A DNA stretch of 64,000 nt from an uncultured Anaerolineaceae bacterium (lineage in GTDB: Bacteria; Chloroflexota; Anaerolineae; Anaerolineales; UBA4823), in contig CAZGIX010000003.1 in NCBI GenBank assembly GCA_964525785.1, positions 214 through 64,213 on the forward strand. The letters run 5' to 3'. How positions within the stretch are numbered: the first letter of the stretch is position 1; each line of letters starts with the position of its first letter. The position numbers were made by a program, and so were the translations under genes. Positions 53,832-62,280 of the stretch are shown here, in pieces. The notes beneath the pieces were generated by a model. That model was not told where the DNA came from, searched no databases, and saw nothing but the letters and a program-made list of their open reading frames with translations.

Positions 53832-54671
53832 TTATTCAGCCGCTGGGATGAAACCGTAGTTCGCCAGGATGTCCTGCCCTTCGGGCAACAGAACCAGATC
53901 GATGAAGGCCTGGGCTAAATCAGGATTCGAGCTCTCTTTGACTGTAGCAATCGGATAGGAAGCGATCACATTCAGCCCATCCGGGATGTCCAGCCGGTCA
54001 ACCTTGCCCGCCATATCCCCGGTAATATCGCTGGTATAAACGATACCGGCATCGGCCTCACCCAAGGACACCTTGGTCAGGACCGCTTTGACGTTGTCCT
54101 CGTAGGAGACCACATTTTTAAGCACATCGTCTTTGAAGGCCGCGCCATATGCAGGGTCGGCGCTGGCTTTATCCAAAAAGTCGAGCGAATATTGCCCGAC
54201 CGGGGCTTCCTGGGCGGCCAGCACCAGCTTCAAGCCGGATTTGGCCAGATCCTCCAGCTCTGCCACACCAGCCGGATTATCCGATGGAAAGATGACCACC
54301 AGGCGATTCTTGACGAAGGTGCGCTGGGTTCCGCTGAGGACCTCCCCAGCCTCGATAACCACATCCATTTGTTTTTTATTGGCGCTGGCAAACACGTCCG
54401 CGGGGGCGCCTTCGCTGATCTGCTGGGCCAGCTGCTGTGAAGCGGCGAAATTGAACACCACGCTCGCTCCCGGATGAGCAGCTTCAAATCGTTTCCCGAT
54501 CTCGCTGAAGGCATCGGTGAGGGAAGCCGCAGCAAAAACATGCAGTTCAGTAGTCTCAATATCCGGGAGCTGTGGGGTTGCTGTCTCGGTCACAACCGGC
54601 AGGGGAGAACAGGCTGAGCCGATCAGCAGGACAATCGCCATACAGCCAGATATAATTCCCCGGTTTTTCAT
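53832..54671 (-). CDS. modA: molybdate ABC transporter substrate-binding protein
   Basis: Lipoprotein signal MKNRGIISGCMAIVLLIGSAC. Motifs are VFAAASLTDAFSEIGKRFEAAHPGASVVFNFAASQQLAQQISEGAPADVFASAN and YPIATVKES. The ATG at 54671 is preferred over the TTG at 54698. Confidence 0.85.
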   Translation of the reverse strand: MKNRGIISGCMAIVLLIGSACSPLPVVTETATPQLPDIETTELHVFAAASLTDAFSEIGKRFEAAHPGASVVFNFAASQQLAQQISEGAPADVFASANKKQMDVVIEAGEVLSGTQRTFVKNRLVVIFPSDNPAGVAELEDLAKSGLKLVLAAQEAPVGQYSLDFLDKASADPAYGAAFKDDVLKNVVSYEDNVKAVLTKVSLGEADAGIVYTSDITGDMAGKVDRLDIPDGLNVIASYPIATVKESSNPDLAQAFIDLVLLPEGQDILANYGFIPAAE

Positions 54672-54678
54672 GAGCCGA

Positions 54679-55548
54679 TCATTCAGAGGAAGATTCAAAA
54701 TCTGCGGCCAACTTGCGGTGCAGGAATCCTTTTACAACTGCCAGGGCAAAAAAGGACAGACAGATCAAGATGATAGACAGCGTCAGGGCGACTTCCAGGT
54801 CTATCTCAAACCCAATGTAGATTGCTAATGGCATCGTCTGAGTTCGACCGGGTAGATTCCCGGCAAAGATGATCGTGGCACCGAACTCTCCCAGGGCGCG
54901 CGCCCAGGTCATGACCATACCGCTGAGCATGGCGGTCGAAGACAGCGGAAGGATAAGGAAGCGGAAGGTCTGCCAGTGCCCGGCACCGTCCAACGCGGCT
55001 GCCTGTTTCAATTCAGGGTCAATGGCAGTAAAACCGATGGCCGCGGCTTTCACATAGTAGGGCGCCGCCACAAATAACTGCGCCAGGATCACAGCCAACA
55101 TTGTAAATGGAATGCTGATCCCAACCGTTGAGAGCGCAGGACCGAACAAACCACGCCGGCCAAAGGCTATCAGCAGCGCCACCCCAGCCACTGAAGGGGG
55201 CAGGACCACAGGCAAATCGATCAGGGTATCGGCGAAACGCGTGAAGCCGGTGCGGCGCTGCGCCAGCAAATAAGCCAGCGGCGTCCCGAAGAGCAGCGCC
55301 AGCAGCATCGTGGTGAATGAGCTGACCAGGCTGAGCGTAATGGCCTGAACGGCCTGAGGCTGACGGAGCGTTGCCCAAAAATCAGCAACCGATGTCCGGG
55401 TCCATATCGCCACGAGCGGGATAGTGAGGAAAAGCAGCAGGGGCAGCGCCAGCAGTTTCCAGGATTGGGCCGCCCAGGCAGCATAAACCTGGCGGGGAGA
55501 TACCTTTTGTGATGCTATGGGGGTATCTTGGGAGCCCAATGAGATCAT
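54679..55548 (-). CDS. modB: molybdate ABC transporter permease
   Basis: The sequence ALLIAFGRRGLFG...AAALDGAGHWQTFRFLILPLS...WARALGEFGATIIFAGNLPGRTQTMPLAIY contains the EAA-loop and the ModB-type tail. Confidence 0.85.
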   Translation of the reverse strand: MISLGSQDTPIASQKVSPRQVYAAWAAQSWKLLALPLLLFLTIPLVAIWTRTSVADFWATLRQPQAVQAITLSLVSSFTTMLLALLFGTPLAYLLAQRRTGFTRFADTLIDLPVVLPPSVAGVALLIAFGRRGLFGPALSTVGISIPFTMLAVILAQLFVAAPYYVKAAAIGFTAIDPELKQAAALDGAGHWQTFRFLILPLSSTAMLSGMVMTWARALGEFGATIIFAGNLPGRTQTMPLAIYIGFEIDLEVALTLSIILICLSFFALAVVKGFLHRKLAADFESSSE

Positions 55549-56090
55549 CCCAATCTACCCTGGCAGATGTCCAACCAATCCAGCATGGCCTGGATCTGAC
55601 CCACTCGATACTGATCCACCAACCAGGCATACACCAGGCCGGTCCCATCCCGCCCGGCGAGTGTGTTTTGGACAGCCAGCCATTCCTGGCAGGTCTGGCG
55701 CTGCACAGCGATCAGCTGTGCGCAGGCCTCGCGGCCCTCGATTTGCGCGAAATACAGCTTCGCCTGGAATTCCTGGCGCAGCTGGCGCGGCGCCTGCACG
55801 GGGGTTGTGAGCCATTCCCGAAAGGCTTGCCGCCCGCTATCAGTCAGCTGAAACACGCGCCGCACCGGGCGAGTCTCCTGCGGCTGCAGCGAGCTGGTGA
55901 CGTAGTCATCCTGCTCCAGCTTATCCAGCAGGGCATACAGCAGGGCCTGCTTGAATCGCCAGACGCGTCCCAGGCCATTTGGGTCGCTGAGCTGTTGGTG
56001 AAGCTGGTACCCGTGCAGGGGTCCTGGCTGCAGAAATCCGAGCAAGGCATGCTCAATGGTCAGGGCGCGGCGCACCATAGGGCTCATCAT
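55545..56090 (-). CDS. PadR-family transcriptional regulator
   Basis: Start at ATG 56090, preceded by GGAGGGTG. The sequence is LTIEHALLGFLQPGPLHGYQLHQQL...RFKQALLYALLDKLEQDDYV...RRVFQLTDSGRQAFREWL. Its stop overlaps the modB start (ATGA). Confidence 0.8.
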   Translation of the reverse strand: MMSPMVRRALTIEHALLGFLQPGPLHGYQLHQQLSDPNGLGRVWRFKQALLYALLDKLEQDDYVTSSLQPQETRPVRRVFQLTDSGRQAFREWLTTPVQAPRQLRQEFQAKLYFAQIEGREACAQLIAVQRQTCQEWLAVQNTLAGRDGTGLVYAWLVDQYRVGQIQAMLDWLDICQGRLG

Positions 56091-56098
56091 CACCCTCC

Positions 56099-56119
56099 TA
56101 TACTCATTAAATGAATATA
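56099..56119. promoter_or_regulatory. imperfect palindrome, candidate PadR operator
   Basis: TATACTCATT-A-AATGAATATA (one mismatch) lies immediately upstream of the PadR ribosome-binding site. Confidence 0.3.
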
Positions 56120-56386
56120 CATTTGATAAGTATACCTTACGTCCGCGATGGTGGAAAGTACCAGATCCCGCGCCGGCCGAGTTCATCTCCCGGCTTTTAA
56201 TGTGACCCCCTTGAGATGGGATTACAACGGCTTCACTCCCCCGTTTACTTATGATGCAGCGTGATCGTTCACGAATAACCAGCGCCGAGCGGGTGGCACA
56301 AGGAACTACGTATTGGTGCAATTGTGCAACAAAGCGCAGCCTGGGCTGCTCCGCCTGGCGAGAAATATTAGAATATAATCCTCCTT

Positions 56387-57394
56387 ATGGAACCTGATGA
56401 ACTTTTTCTGCCCGGTTTACACATCGGTCACGCCCAGGATGAAGATGCCCTTACGGGCTGCACCGTCATCCTGTGTGAAGATGGCGCGGTGGGTGGGGTA
56501 GATCAGCGCGGCGGCGCGCCCGGCACCCGCCAGACCGATGCCCTGTATCCAATGCATCTGGTCGAGCGCGTCCATGCTGTCGTCCTGGCGGGTGGTTCGG
56601 CTTTCGGGCTGGATGCCGCCAGCGGTGCGGTACGCTATCTGGAGGAGCGGCAGGTTGGCTTCGACGTGGGCATCGCCCGCGTGCCTATCGTCCCCTCGGC
56701 GATCCTGTTCGATTTAGGTATCGGGCGCGCAGATGTACGCCCAGATGCCGCCATGGGCTACCAGGCTTGTCTCAATGCCCGGCCTGGCTATCCCACCGAG
56801 GGCAATGTGGGCGTGGGCACTGGCGCCACGGTCGGTAAAATCCTGGGCGTCGCAGGCGCGATGAAATCTGGGTTTGGCTGCGCGCGCATCCAAATCAACG
56901 CAGAAATAATTGTTTGCGCGCTCTCCGCAGTCAACGCATTTGGTGATATAATAGACCCAACGAGTGGGGAAATCATCGCCGGTGCCAGGAGCACCGATCC
57001 GGACCGGCTAAGCGCGGATCCTCACGATAAGTTTGCCAACACGTTGAAAGTGATGCAGTTCATGGCAGGGCAGCCTGCTATGCGTTTTGGTAGAGGGGAA
57101 AACACGGTGATCGGCGTGGTCGCCACAAACGCCCAACTGACCAAGGAACAGACCAACAAAGTCGCCCAGATGGCGCACGATGGTCTGGCGCGCACCGTGC
57201 GACCTGCCCATACCATGCTGGACGGCGATACCATCTTTGCACTTTCGATTGGCAGCCAGCAAGCAGACGTGAATTTGATTGGCGCCTTTGCAGCAGAGGC
57301 CTTCGCACAGTCTGTGCTGCGCGCCGTACGCACGGCGCAGCCCGCCGGCGGGCTGCCGTCAGTCTCCAGTCTCAACCAGTCATTTGAGAGGTAG
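56387..57394 (+). CDS. P1/S58-family peptidase (DmpA/BapA-like aminopeptidase)
   Basis: LTGCTVILCEDGAVGGVDQRGGAPGTRQTD, NTVIGVVATNAQLTKEQTNKVAQMAHDGLARTVRPAHTMLDGDTIFALS. Confidence 0.8.
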   Translation: MEPDELFLPGLHIGHAQDEDALTGCTVILCEDGAVGGVDQRGGAPGTRQTDALYPMHLVERVHAVVLAGGSAFGLDAASGAVRYLEERQVGFDVGIARVPIVPSAILFDLGIGRADVRPDAAMGYQACLNARPGYPTEGNVGVGTGATVGKILGVAGAMKSGFGCARIQINAEIIVCALSAVNAFGDIIDPTSGEIIAGARSTDPDRLSADPHDKFANTLKVMQFMAGQPAMRFGRGENTVIGVVATNAQLTKEQTNKVAQMAHDGLARTVRPAHTMLDGDTIFALSIGSQQADVNLIGAFAAEAFAQSVLRAVRTAQPAGGLPSVSSLNQSFER

Positions 57395-57505
57395 GGCGAC
57401 AGCTGGTACAGGAGTAAAAAACAAAATCCAACGCCGTTTGCTGATATAGGGGCAAGCGTGCGAGAAACAACTTAGCACCACCATCATTGCAGGAAGCGCT
57501 CAGGT

Positions 57506-58507
57506 GTGGAGATGAATGAAACGCTTCTGGTCGTAGAGGACAATCAAACCCTGCTGGAAGGGCTGCGCGATATCCTTTCCCTCGAAGGCTTCAACGTGCT
57601 GACTGCTGCCAATGGGCAGGAGGCCCTGGAGCAGATGGGCACTATCGCCCCGGATATGATCATCTCGGATATCGCCATGCCGGTGATGGATGGATTTACC
57701 TTCTTCCAGAATGTACGCTCGCGCGGCGACTGGCTGACTATCCCGTTTGTTTTCCTGACCGCTCGCAGCGACCGCCAGGATATTCTGACCGGCAAAAACC
57801 TGGGAGCCGAGGACTATCTGGTCAAACCGCTCTCCCGAGCCGAGCTGCTGACCGCAGTTCGCTCCCGCCTGACCCGTTCCAACGAGCTGCGCATGGCCCA
57901 GCTCCAGCAAGCATACGAAGCTTCCCTGACCGTGCTCGCCAACGCCATCGATCTGCGCGATCCTTACACCCGCGGTCACGTCGAGAGGGTCACCGCCTAC
58001 TCCCTGGCGCTGGCAGCCCAGCTCGGATGGACCGGGCGTCGCCTGGAGCAGCTCCGTTTTGGAGCTATCCTGCACGACATTGGCAAGATCTTCATCCAGG
58101 AAACTATGCTTTTCAAATCCTTGCCGCTGGGAGATGCAGATTGGTACGAAATCCGCCGCCATCCCATCGCCGGCGCAGAGATGATCAAAGACGTACCCTT
58201 CCTGGCGCAGGCGGTTCCCATTGTTCGCCATCACCACGAACGCTGGGATGGCAGTGGCTATCCGGATGGACTTTCTGGCAGGGATATTCCTCTCCCAGCG
58301 CGCATTGTCACACTCGCCGATAGTTTCGATGCCATGACCATCGACCGCCCCTACCGCAGCGCCCGCGATCCGGAGGATGCATACAACGAAGTAGTCAGCA
58401 ACGCCGGCGCGCAGTTCGACCCACAGGTGGTAGCGGCTTTCCAGCGTGCCTGGTCAGCGAATGCCATCCTGCCTATCTGGGAAAACTGGCATAACGGGAA
58501 ATCCTGA
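57506..58507 (+). CDS. response regulator with HD-GYP output domain (RpfG-like)
   Basis: REC motifs are LLVVEDN and DMIISDIAMPVMDG. HD-GYP motifs are HVERV, LHDIGKIFI and HHERWDGSGYPDGL. Confidence 0.85.
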   Translation: MEMNETLLVVEDNQTLLEGLRDILSLEGFNVLTAANGQEALEQMGTIAPDMIISDIAMPVMDGFTFFQNVRSRGDWLTIPFVFLTARSDRQDILTGKNLGAEDYLVKPLSRAELLTAVRSRLTRSNELRMAQLQQAYEASLTVLANAIDLRDPYTRGHVERVTAYSLALAAQLGWTGRRLEQLRFGAILHDIGKIFIQETMLFKSLPLGDADWYEIRRHPIAGAEMIKDVPFLAQAVPIVRHHHERWDGSGYPDGLSGRDIPLPARIVTLADSFDAMTIDRPYRSARDPEDAYNEVVSNAGAQFDPQVVAAFQRAWSANAILPIWENWHNGKS

Positions 58508-58555
58508 CCGCGCAGACGGTTGAGCGACAACCTCAAGACCCGCGTCAAAAGCAGC

Positions 58556-61210
58556 CTACCGGTTCTCCGCCTCCTGGAGCACGACGGCATCGCTCAAGAC
58601 TCCGGCAGCGCCTACACCTATCTTGCGGTACACTCCTTCGGGAGAACGCAGTTCCCCATATACAGACAACAAATCCGCTACCCGGATGCCGAACTGCCGT
58701 TCGTTCTCGCGCAGGTACGGCTCGATCAGCTCCCAATCCGCCGGCGTCAGCTCGCTGAATATACCCCCATTCAGCTGATCTACATCCACCCGCCGGAATG
58801 GGTCGCGTAGATAAATCGCCCCGCCCGAGGCCAATGAGAATAGATTCCCTCCCGGGTAGGGTGTCTCCAGGTCGCACAGCCGGCCGAAGCGATCGAAAGC
58901 CACCCCGTTGAGGATGACAAACCCACCCCCCCGGTGGGGATCCCCCGCCATGAACGACTCCGCCAGAAAATCCAGGCAGGTGCCGTTGATCACTACGCGC
59001 GGTCTGCCGACGGCGTTGATCAGCGGTCGGCCCGCTGCCGAGCCAGACACATAAATCTCGCCGCCTTTTGCCCCGTACAAAAAGGTCTGCCCAACATCCC
59101 CATGCACCACAAGCTTACCGCCTTTCAAGATCTGCCCTAATTGATCCTGTCCATCGCCATGCAGGTGCACCTCCGCCCCATCCAGGCCCGAAGCAGTGTA
59201 GTCGCCTACATCGCCATACAGGTCTATCCGGGCGCTGGAGCTGCGCGGTCCTAACCCGCAGGCGGCAAAACGCCCGCCGCGCCAGTTATAAGCGATCAGC
59301 CGCATCCAACCCATCTGGTAAGCCCTGACCATCCAGCTCGCCGCGCTCTGCTCACCCTCCGGGGAAAAGCCCGACGTATCCAGGATCAGAAGGGACTCAT
59401 CCCCGAGCGGTGGGCGCAGGCCCTGCCGCCCGGCCCAATCCAAACGGCGCAGCGATCTCAGCTCAGTCCCACCAGCCTGCCTGTCGAAAGCCATAGGCAA
59501 CCCGAACAAGTCCACCAGGCTGCTGTCCACCATCGCCAGCAGCGAGGCGCGCTTTTTATCTCCGCTGTCATATTGCTGGTCGCGTAAGAGGGTGAGCGTT
59601 TGCCAGACGAAATCCCATTCGCCATCGCCTTCGACGGCAAATTCACCCAACCACATCAGGCCCCAGCTCAGCTCATCCCAGTCAATTTCTCTGATGCTGG
59701 GCTTCAGCCAATGCCACAGTGTTGAGGCGCCGCCATCATCAAAAGCCCGCATGGCATGATCCTGCCATGCCATCCGGAAGGACGGCGCGGCCTTTTGTGC
59801 ATCCAAGCGGCTGCGCACTACGTGGCGCTGGCCCGCTTCCAGGCTCACCGGCTTGCCGAACTTATTGGCGCAAAGCAGCCCCTCGCCGGACGAATATGTA
59901 AAGCGGAAGGCGCCGCCATCGGTGTGCGATCCGCCCCGGGCAGCCCAATAGCGATCAGCCAATGGTTGGTAGCGCTCATCCTCGTTTGCCAGCGAGCGCA
60001 GGCAGGCGTTGATCGCCTGGCGCTCGGATGCCACTAACCCAATCTGCACTCCACCCTCCCCCTGGCTGTTCTCATACAGAGCGAACACCTGCGGTCGCAG
60101 CATGCTCGTATCCGTGATGCCCAGCAACTCATAGCGCCCTTCATCCGGCAGTGAGCGCGCCAGGATAAAGAACCACGGTCCATCCGGCGAGCCGTGCATG
60201 TGCGCTCGCTGCACCGCCTGGTACAGTTCACGCTTTTCAAGCGGCAGCATCAGGAAATCGTGCTCTGTGGTGGGCGCCATGGCTTCCAGGGTGATCTCCA
60301 ATGGGTAGCCATAGACTCGCTCCCACAGGTCGAAAAGCTGCACGCTGACTTCCGTATCGGTCAGGAACAGCTGCCCGATGTTGCGCTGGCGTAGGTACTC
60401 GCTGACGGCATGGTAGTTGGCAAAGTCGCCGTTATGCACCAGGGCCTCGTTCAGACCGATGAACGGGTGGGCACCGCCTGGATGCCAGACACGGCCCTTG
60501 GTCGGATAGCGCTGGTGAGCGATCCACACATGCGCCGTCTGGTCCTCCAACCGGTAGTACTCGACCACATCCTCAGCATAGCCCACGATCTTCAGCACCG
60601 ATAAATCCCTGCCGTGGCTGAGCACAAAGGCACGTTTCTCTCCCAGACTGGCGTAGAAACGCTGGTTCAGCCGGGCTGAGTTCTGGTAGACGAACTCATC
60701 TTCAGCCGCCCGCTCAGGCAGCTCATCCAGCCCATTCTGGACTGCAAACTGCTCCAGCACAGCGGGTTTCACCCTGCCAAAATAACGCCACACATCCGGC
60801 GGGCGCACCTCCAGACCGGAAACCTGGCGGTAATCGTCAAGATGCGGCAGCTCGTACGCCTGGGCGATATCGAAGTGCGTTTCGATAAACTGGGCTTCCA
60901 CTTCTGATCGGGCAGCCGGGTCCAACAATGCCACCTGGATCAGGTAGTGGCTGCGTAGCGTAGCGGCGCCCACACCCGCCTGTGAGGGGTCCAATCCCGC
61001 CATGGCGATGCCGCCGCCTTTACCGTTGCCGCGGTTGTGCATCTGGCACGAGGCGCTCAGCACGTGCCGCCCGGCGACCGGTAGGCTGGCAGTAAAACCC
61101 AACACCCCGCAGCCCCCCTCGGCAGCCTCATCGCTGCGCCCCAGTGGCGGCATGCCTGCCAGCAGCTCGCGGCGGGCGCGAAGCAGTTTATCAGCATAGA
61201 AGTTTGTCAT
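58556..61210 (-). CDS. glutamate-synthase-like protein: class-II (Ntn) glutamine amidotransferase domain fused to a GXGXG domain
   Basis: AGGAGGAAAA precedes ATG 61210. The N-terminal nucleophile context is GGCGVLGF. The C-terminal GXGXG-type repeats read YGDVGDYTASGLDGAEVHLHGDGQDQLGQILKGGKLVVHGDVGQTFLYGAKGGEIYVSGSAAGRPLINAVG. Confidence 0.75.
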   Translation of the reverse strand: MTNFYADKLLRARRELLAGMPPLGRSDEAAEGGCGVLGFTASLPVAGRHVLSASCQMHNRGNGKGGGIAMAGLDPSQAGVGAATLRSHYLIQVALLDPAARSEVEAQFIETHFDIAQAYELPHLDDYRQVSGLEVRPPDVWRYFGRVKPAVLEQFAVQNGLDELPERAAEDEFVYQNSARLNQRFYASLGEKRAFVLSHGRDLSVLKIVGYAEDVVEYYRLEDQTAHVWIAHQRYPTKGRVWHPGGAHPFIGLNEALVHNGDFANYHAVSEYLRQRNIGQLFLTDTEVSVQLFDLWERVYGYPLEITLEAMAPTTEHDFLMLPLEKRELYQAVQRAHMHGSPDGPWFFILARSLPDEGRYELLGITDTSMLRPQVFALYENSQGEGGVQIGLVASERQAINACLRSLANEDERYQPLADRYWAARGGSHTDGGAFRFTYSSGEGLLCANKFGKPVSLEAGQRHVVRSRLDAQKAAPSFRMAWQDHAMRAFDDGGASTLWHWLKPSIREIDWDELSWGLMWLGEFAVEGDGEWDFVWQTLTLLRDQQYDSGDKKRASLLAMVDSSLVDLFGLPMAFDRQAGGTELRSLRRLDWAGRQGLRPPLGDESLLILDTSGFSPEGEQSAASWMVRAYQMGWMRLIAYNWRGGRFAACGLGPRSSSARIDLYGDVGDYTASGLDGAEVHLHGDGQDQLGQILKGGKLVVHGDVGQTFLYGAKGGEIYVSGSAAGRPLINAVGRPRVVINGTCLDFLAESFMAGDPHRGGGFVILNGVAFDRFGRLCDLETPYPGGNLFSLASGGAIYLRDPFRRVDVDQLNGGIFSELTPADWELIEPYLRENERQFGIRVADLLSVYGELRSPEGVYRKIGVGAAGVLSDAVVLQEAENR

Positions 61211-61226
61211 TTTTCCTCCTATGGTC

Positions 61227-62246
61227 TCAATCATTTCCCGGTGCAGGTGCCGAGACAAGGTGCTCCGGGAGCTGTTTATCTGACATGCGCGCCAGGTTGA
61301 TCAGCACCAACGACCCAACGATGATGGCAGCCGAGACAAGCGTTCTGGCGGTGAGCGGCTCATCCGCCACCAGGCTGCCCAACAGGATGGCGATCAAAGG
61401 ATTGATATAGGCATGCGCGGATACCAATGGGGTGGCAACGTTGCGCATCAGCCACGTATATGCACTGAAGCCAATCAAGCCGCCGAAGACCACCAGGTAA
61501 CCCAGGCTCAGCAGCGAGGGCGTGGTGATAGATGGCAGATCCAGCCGGCTCCATTCACCGTTCAGCGTAGCAAGCACCACAAAACCCAGGCTGGCTGCAA
61601 GCATCTCGATGCCAGTGCCCATCAGCGGCGCGGCTGGCAGACGCGCCCCACGGCTGTACAGTGATCCCAGCGACCAGAACAGGCTGGCTGTCAGGAGAAC
61701 GCTCAGGCCCAGTCCGTCGACCGCTTGAGATCCGGCCTCCCCTTGTCCAGGGCCGATCAGCAAGGCAATCCCGGCAAATCCGAGCAACAAACCGATCCAG
61801 GCCAGCCAGCCGGGTCGCCTGCGCACCGCGCCTCCTGCCAACGACCTGCCAGCCTTCTGGGTAAAAGCCAGCAGCCGGGATGGGCGCTCGCTCCCGGGGA
61901 TCACCAGGGCGTCGATCACCGCCATCCACAGCGGCACCGAGCCCACCAACAGGGCAGCAATGCCAGATGGCACGCGCTGCTCTGCCCAGGTCAGCCCGCC
62001 GTTACCGCCAACCAGCATGAAGCCTGCCACGATGGCAGCCGAACGCCACTCCAGCCGAGATGGATTAGGCGCCCCAGCCAGGCGCTGCCAGATATAGAGG
62101 ATGCCTCCCGCCAGCACGAAGCGCGTCGCCGCCATCAAGAACGGCGGGATGCTCTGCACGGCTAGGCTGATCGCCAGGTAGGTCGATCCCCAGATCACAT
62201 ATACAGCTAACAATGCCAGAACCACACGCACCTTCATCTCAATCAT
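61227..62246 (-). CDS. EamA/DMT-family transporter
   Basis: 339 aa with about 10 hydrophobic segments. The sequence begins VYVIWGSTYLAISLAV. Confidence 0.8.
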   Translation of the reverse strand: MIEMKVRVVLALLAVYVIWGSTYLAISLAVQSIPPFLMAATRFVLAGGILYIWQRLAGAPNPSRLEWRSAAIVAGFMLVGGNGGLTWAEQRVPSGIAALLVGSVPLWMAVIDALVIPGSERPSRLLAFTQKAGRSLAGGAVRRRPGWLAWIGLLLGFAGIALLIGPGQGEAGSQAVDGLGLSVLLTASLFWSLGSLYSRGARLPAAPLMGTGIEMLAASLGFVVLATLNGEWSRLDLPSITTPSLLSLGYLVVFGGLIGFSAYTWLMRNVATPLVSAHAYINPLIAILLGSLVADEPLTARTLVSAAIIVGSLVLINLARMSDKQLPEHLVSAPAPGND

Positions 62247-62280
62247 CTGATTTCATCCAGCTTCCTATAAAATATCCAGC

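Noticed and set aside
53592-53918. 108-aa plus-strand ORF
   Set aside because: It overlaps tRNA-Lys in antisense and also overlaps the modA 3' end. It has no motifs.
57500-58237. 245-aa minus-strand ORF
   Set aside because: It lies antisense to the REC-HD-GYP gene, which has unambiguous motifs (HDIGK, HHERWDGSGYP).
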